DNA of 43,992 nt from a virus. Position numbers and translations under genes: made by a program. Below, piece after piece: positions 41,802 to 43,992 of the stretch. Location: IMG/VR virus record IMGVR_UViG_3300013458_000001, positions 1 to 43,992 of that record. One strand, 5' to 3'. Each line of letters opens with the position of its first letter. The stretch's first letter is position 1. A model generated the notes under the pieces. That model saw only the letters and a program-made list of their open reading frames with translations. It was not told where the DNA came from and searched no databases.

Positions 41802-43038
41802 TGTGTTGAGTACCGAAGAATCTATTATATCTAACCTCATGCGTAACCCAGAGTTACTAAGTAAATTCAGATTGAAACCTGAAATGTTTACTGATGAAAA
41901 ATTAAGAGTGTTCATTGAGTATGCACTAGAGCAGGGGAAAGTCGATGTAAACCAAATCTACTTTAAAAGTCGTGATGATAATGAATTTATATCTACTGAC
42001 CGATTAGGTCGTTTATACAACTCAGATGGCACTGACAAGGCGTTTTTTATGGACGACCAATTGAATCTATTACAAGAATACGTTTTGTCACAAGCTCGTG
42101 AGAAGCTCACAGAGTATCAATCAATGCCGAGTAAAGAAAATTTTAATTATTTGGTAGAAGAATTAGAGAAATTAAAAGGTATGACAATAAAAAAAGCAGA
42201 CGCTACTGATAGTTTTCTAGCTGAAGTTGTAGAAAATATTCTATCTGATGAACCAAAACAATTTATTAAAACTGGTATTGCTTCTATAGATAACAAAATC
42301 ATTGGCTTTGAACCAGGTCAGTTGAATGTATTAGGTGCAAGACCTTCGTTAGGTAAAACTTCTCTTGCATTAACAATGATGTGGAATATCGCGCAGCGTG
42401 GATACCCTACAACGTTCTTTAGTTTAGAAACTGGAGGTAACAATATCGTTGAGAGATTAGTTGCAACAATAACAAATATTCCGCTATCTAAAATCAAGCA
42501 AGGAAACGGATTGAATGACGATGAAGTTTCATCGGTAATGTCTGCTATAGATCAGATTAAGAAATGTAATTCTTTAAAGATTGAGGACCAAGCTCAAATG
42601 ACACCGCAAGATGTTAGAGAAATTGCTTCTCAGAGTGCAGACAAACCTCACGTTATATTTATTGATTATCTTACACTCATGCAATCAGATGTACCTCAAC
42701 GTGATAGACGGTTAGAAGTTGAAAAGATTTCTCGCGATTTGAAAATTATTGCTAAAGAAACAGGTTGTGTCATCATTGCACTTTCTCAATTAAGCAGGGG
42801 TGTAGAAAGTCGTAGTGATAAACGTCCGATGATGTCTGATTTGAGAGAAGCAGGAGGGATTGAGCAAGACGCGAATATGATTTTCTTCTTATATCGCGAT
42901 GATTATTACGACCAAGACCAACAAGACAACATTACAGGTAAGTCGGAAATTGAATTCATTATTTCTAAAAATAAAGACGGAGAAACAGGGGTGGCACACC
43001 TTGATTTCTACAAGAAAACGCAGAGGTTTTATGGATGA
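41788..43038 (+). CDS. DnaB-like replicative helicase
   Basis: Walker A GARPSLGKTSLAL, FIDYLTLM, ALSQLSRGVESR, DLREAGGIEQDAN. Confidence 0.9.
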   Translation: MMSIDVLSTEESIISNLMRNPELLSKFRLKPEMFTDEKLRVFIEYALEQGKVDVNQIYFKSRDDNEFISTDRLGRLYNSDGTDKAFFMDDQLNLLQEYVLSQAREKLTEYQSMPSKENFNYLVEELEKLKGMTIKKADATDSFLAEVVENILSDEPKQFIKTGIASIDNKIIGFEPGQLNVLGARPSLGKTSLALTMMWNIAQRGYPTTFFSLETGGNNIVERLVATITNIPLSKIKQGNGLNDDEVSSVMSAIDQIKKCNSLKIEDQAQMTPQDVREIASQSADKPHVIFIDYLTLMQSDVPQRDRRLEVEKISRDLKIIAKETGCVIIALSQLSRGVESRSDKRPMMSDLREAGGIEQDANMIFFLYRDDYYDQDQQDNITGKSEIEFIISKNKDGETGVAHLDFYKKTQRFYG

Positions 43039-43256
43039 AAGTTTATGAGTATCAGCAACTTTTAGGTTTTATGTATCGAGAGGATTATAAAGAAGATCCA
43101 ATCATAGCCAAAATATTAATTGAGTCTGGGTGGGCAGTTAAAAGGCTGCTTGATACCGGAACCATTAAACCCTTTGACGATTATGAAGAAGTGAAAGAGT
43201 TAATCATGAATGAAACGAAGTGGAGGCAACCAGATGGGACTTATCGACGGACTTAA
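43035..43256 (+). CDS. Hypothetical protein (73 aa)
   Basis: ORF track, with an ATGA overlap with the helicase gene. Confidence 0.6.
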   Translation: MKVYEYQQLLGFMYREDYKEDPIIAKILIESGWAVKRLLDTGTIKPFDDYEEVKELIMNETKWRQPDGTYRRT

Positions 43257-43479
43257 AAAGCAATACACGTTATATCAGATTGACGGTTGGGAGATGTGCA
43301 GTGTAACGCCGTTAGGAGAAGATACTTATAAGTTAGGTAACTATGCAGGCATACATTTTCGAAACACATTCTCAGGAACAGTAACGAAAGATGAACTAGA
43401 AAAACTGAAACGTAAGCACAAGCTATTCAGAAAAGAAGAACTACAACAGCAAATGACAATTAACGAATTATTATTTTGA
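43234..43479 (+). CDS. Hypothetical protein (81 aa)
   Basis: ATG at 43234 lies 7 nt after the SD ggagg. The track ORF starts at 43210. Confidence 0.6.
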   Translation: MGLIDGLKKQYTLYQIDGWEMCSVTPLGEDTYKLGNYAGIHFRNTFSGTVTKDELEKLKRKHKLFRKEELQQQMTINELLF

Positions 43480-43488
43480 GGTGGAGTT

Positions 43489-43905
43489 TTGAGTAAATAT
43501 AATTCTAAAAAAGTTGAATATAAAGGTTTTGTGTTCGATAGCAAAATTGAATGCGACTACTACCAATATTTAGAACGTAACTTAGGCAAGGGATATGATC
43601 ATATCGAATTACAACCTAGATATGAGTTGATACCTAAGTTTGATAACCAACGTAAAACAGAATATATAGCCGACTTTGCACTATGGAAAAATAACAAGCT
43701 GATTGAAGTGATAGACGTCAAAGGTATGCCAACAGAAGTAGCGAAGTTGAAAGCGAAGATATTCAGATATCAAAACAGAGAAATACCACTCACATGGATA
43801 TGTAAAGCACCTAAATACACAGGTCAAGAGTGGATAACGTACGAAGAACTAATTAAGGCACGCAAAAAGCGTAAGAAGGAGAAGATGAAGAATGGTAAAG
43901 ATTAA
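43489..43905 (+). CDS. DUF1064-like protein (putative PD-(D/E)XK-fold nuclease)
   Basis: NSKKVEYKGFVFDSKIECDYYQYL...EYIADFALW...IEVIDVKG matches the DUF1064 pattern. Confidence 0.7.
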   Translation: MSKYNSKKVEYKGFVFDSKIECDYYQYLERNLGKGYDHIELQPRYELIPKFDNQRKTEYIADFALWKNNKLIEVIDVKGMPTEVAKLKAKIFRYQNREIPLTWICKAPKYTGQEWITYEELIKARKKRKKEKMKNGKD

Positions 43906-43992
43906 AAAGAAAGTTGAAATGACATTGCCAGAATTGATTGAGTGGGTTTGGAAGAATGGTGTTAAAGAAAAAGCGTTTTATAGCAATATTGA
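43866..43992. repeat. Second copy of the terminal overlap (same as 1-127)
   Basis: Exact 127-nt identity with the window start. Confidence 0.95.

Overview
The window is a complete, circularly closed phage genome. Unit length is 43,865 bp, and bases 1-127 recur exactly at 43866-43992. It is a temperate, AT-rich siphovirus whose gene content and order look like Staphylococcus-type temperate phages.

Gene order:
- + strand, 27-5767: end of the early/accessory region, including an HNH homing-endonuclease-like gene, a frameshifted SNase-like nuclease, dUTPase, and a RinA/ArpU-like late activator.
- 5768-6222: a 455-bp structured non-coding leader.
- Headful packaging and morphogenesis: terS, terL, portal, MuF-like protein, scaffold, capsid, connectors, major tail, G/GT chaperone with a -1 frameshift, 1034-aa tape measure, Dit, Tal with an SGNH esterase domain, and a beta-helix tail spike.
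- Two paralogous fibre cassettes. Between them lie an XhlA-like gene, a 20-aa micropeptide ORF, and a CHAP+glucosaminidase virion hydrolase split by a 246-nt ORF-less group I intron.
- Holin, a CHAP-amidase-SH3b endolysin, an autonomously transcribed nuclease-like moron, and a candidate attP.
- - strand: a large serine integrase whose N-terminus carries a 5-bp tandem duplication, a lipoprotein, an ImmA-like protein, and a short CI-like repressor.
- Divergent switch region, then + strand: cro, antirepressor, Rad52/Sak-like annealase, SSB, DUF968-like HNH protein, two XRE HTH genes, a DnaD-like initiator with internal iterons, a G39P-like loader, a DnaB-like helicase, and a DUF1064 protein.

No tRNA, rRNA or CRISPR array was seen. 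All family names come from motif recognition by eye and from gene order; no database search was run.
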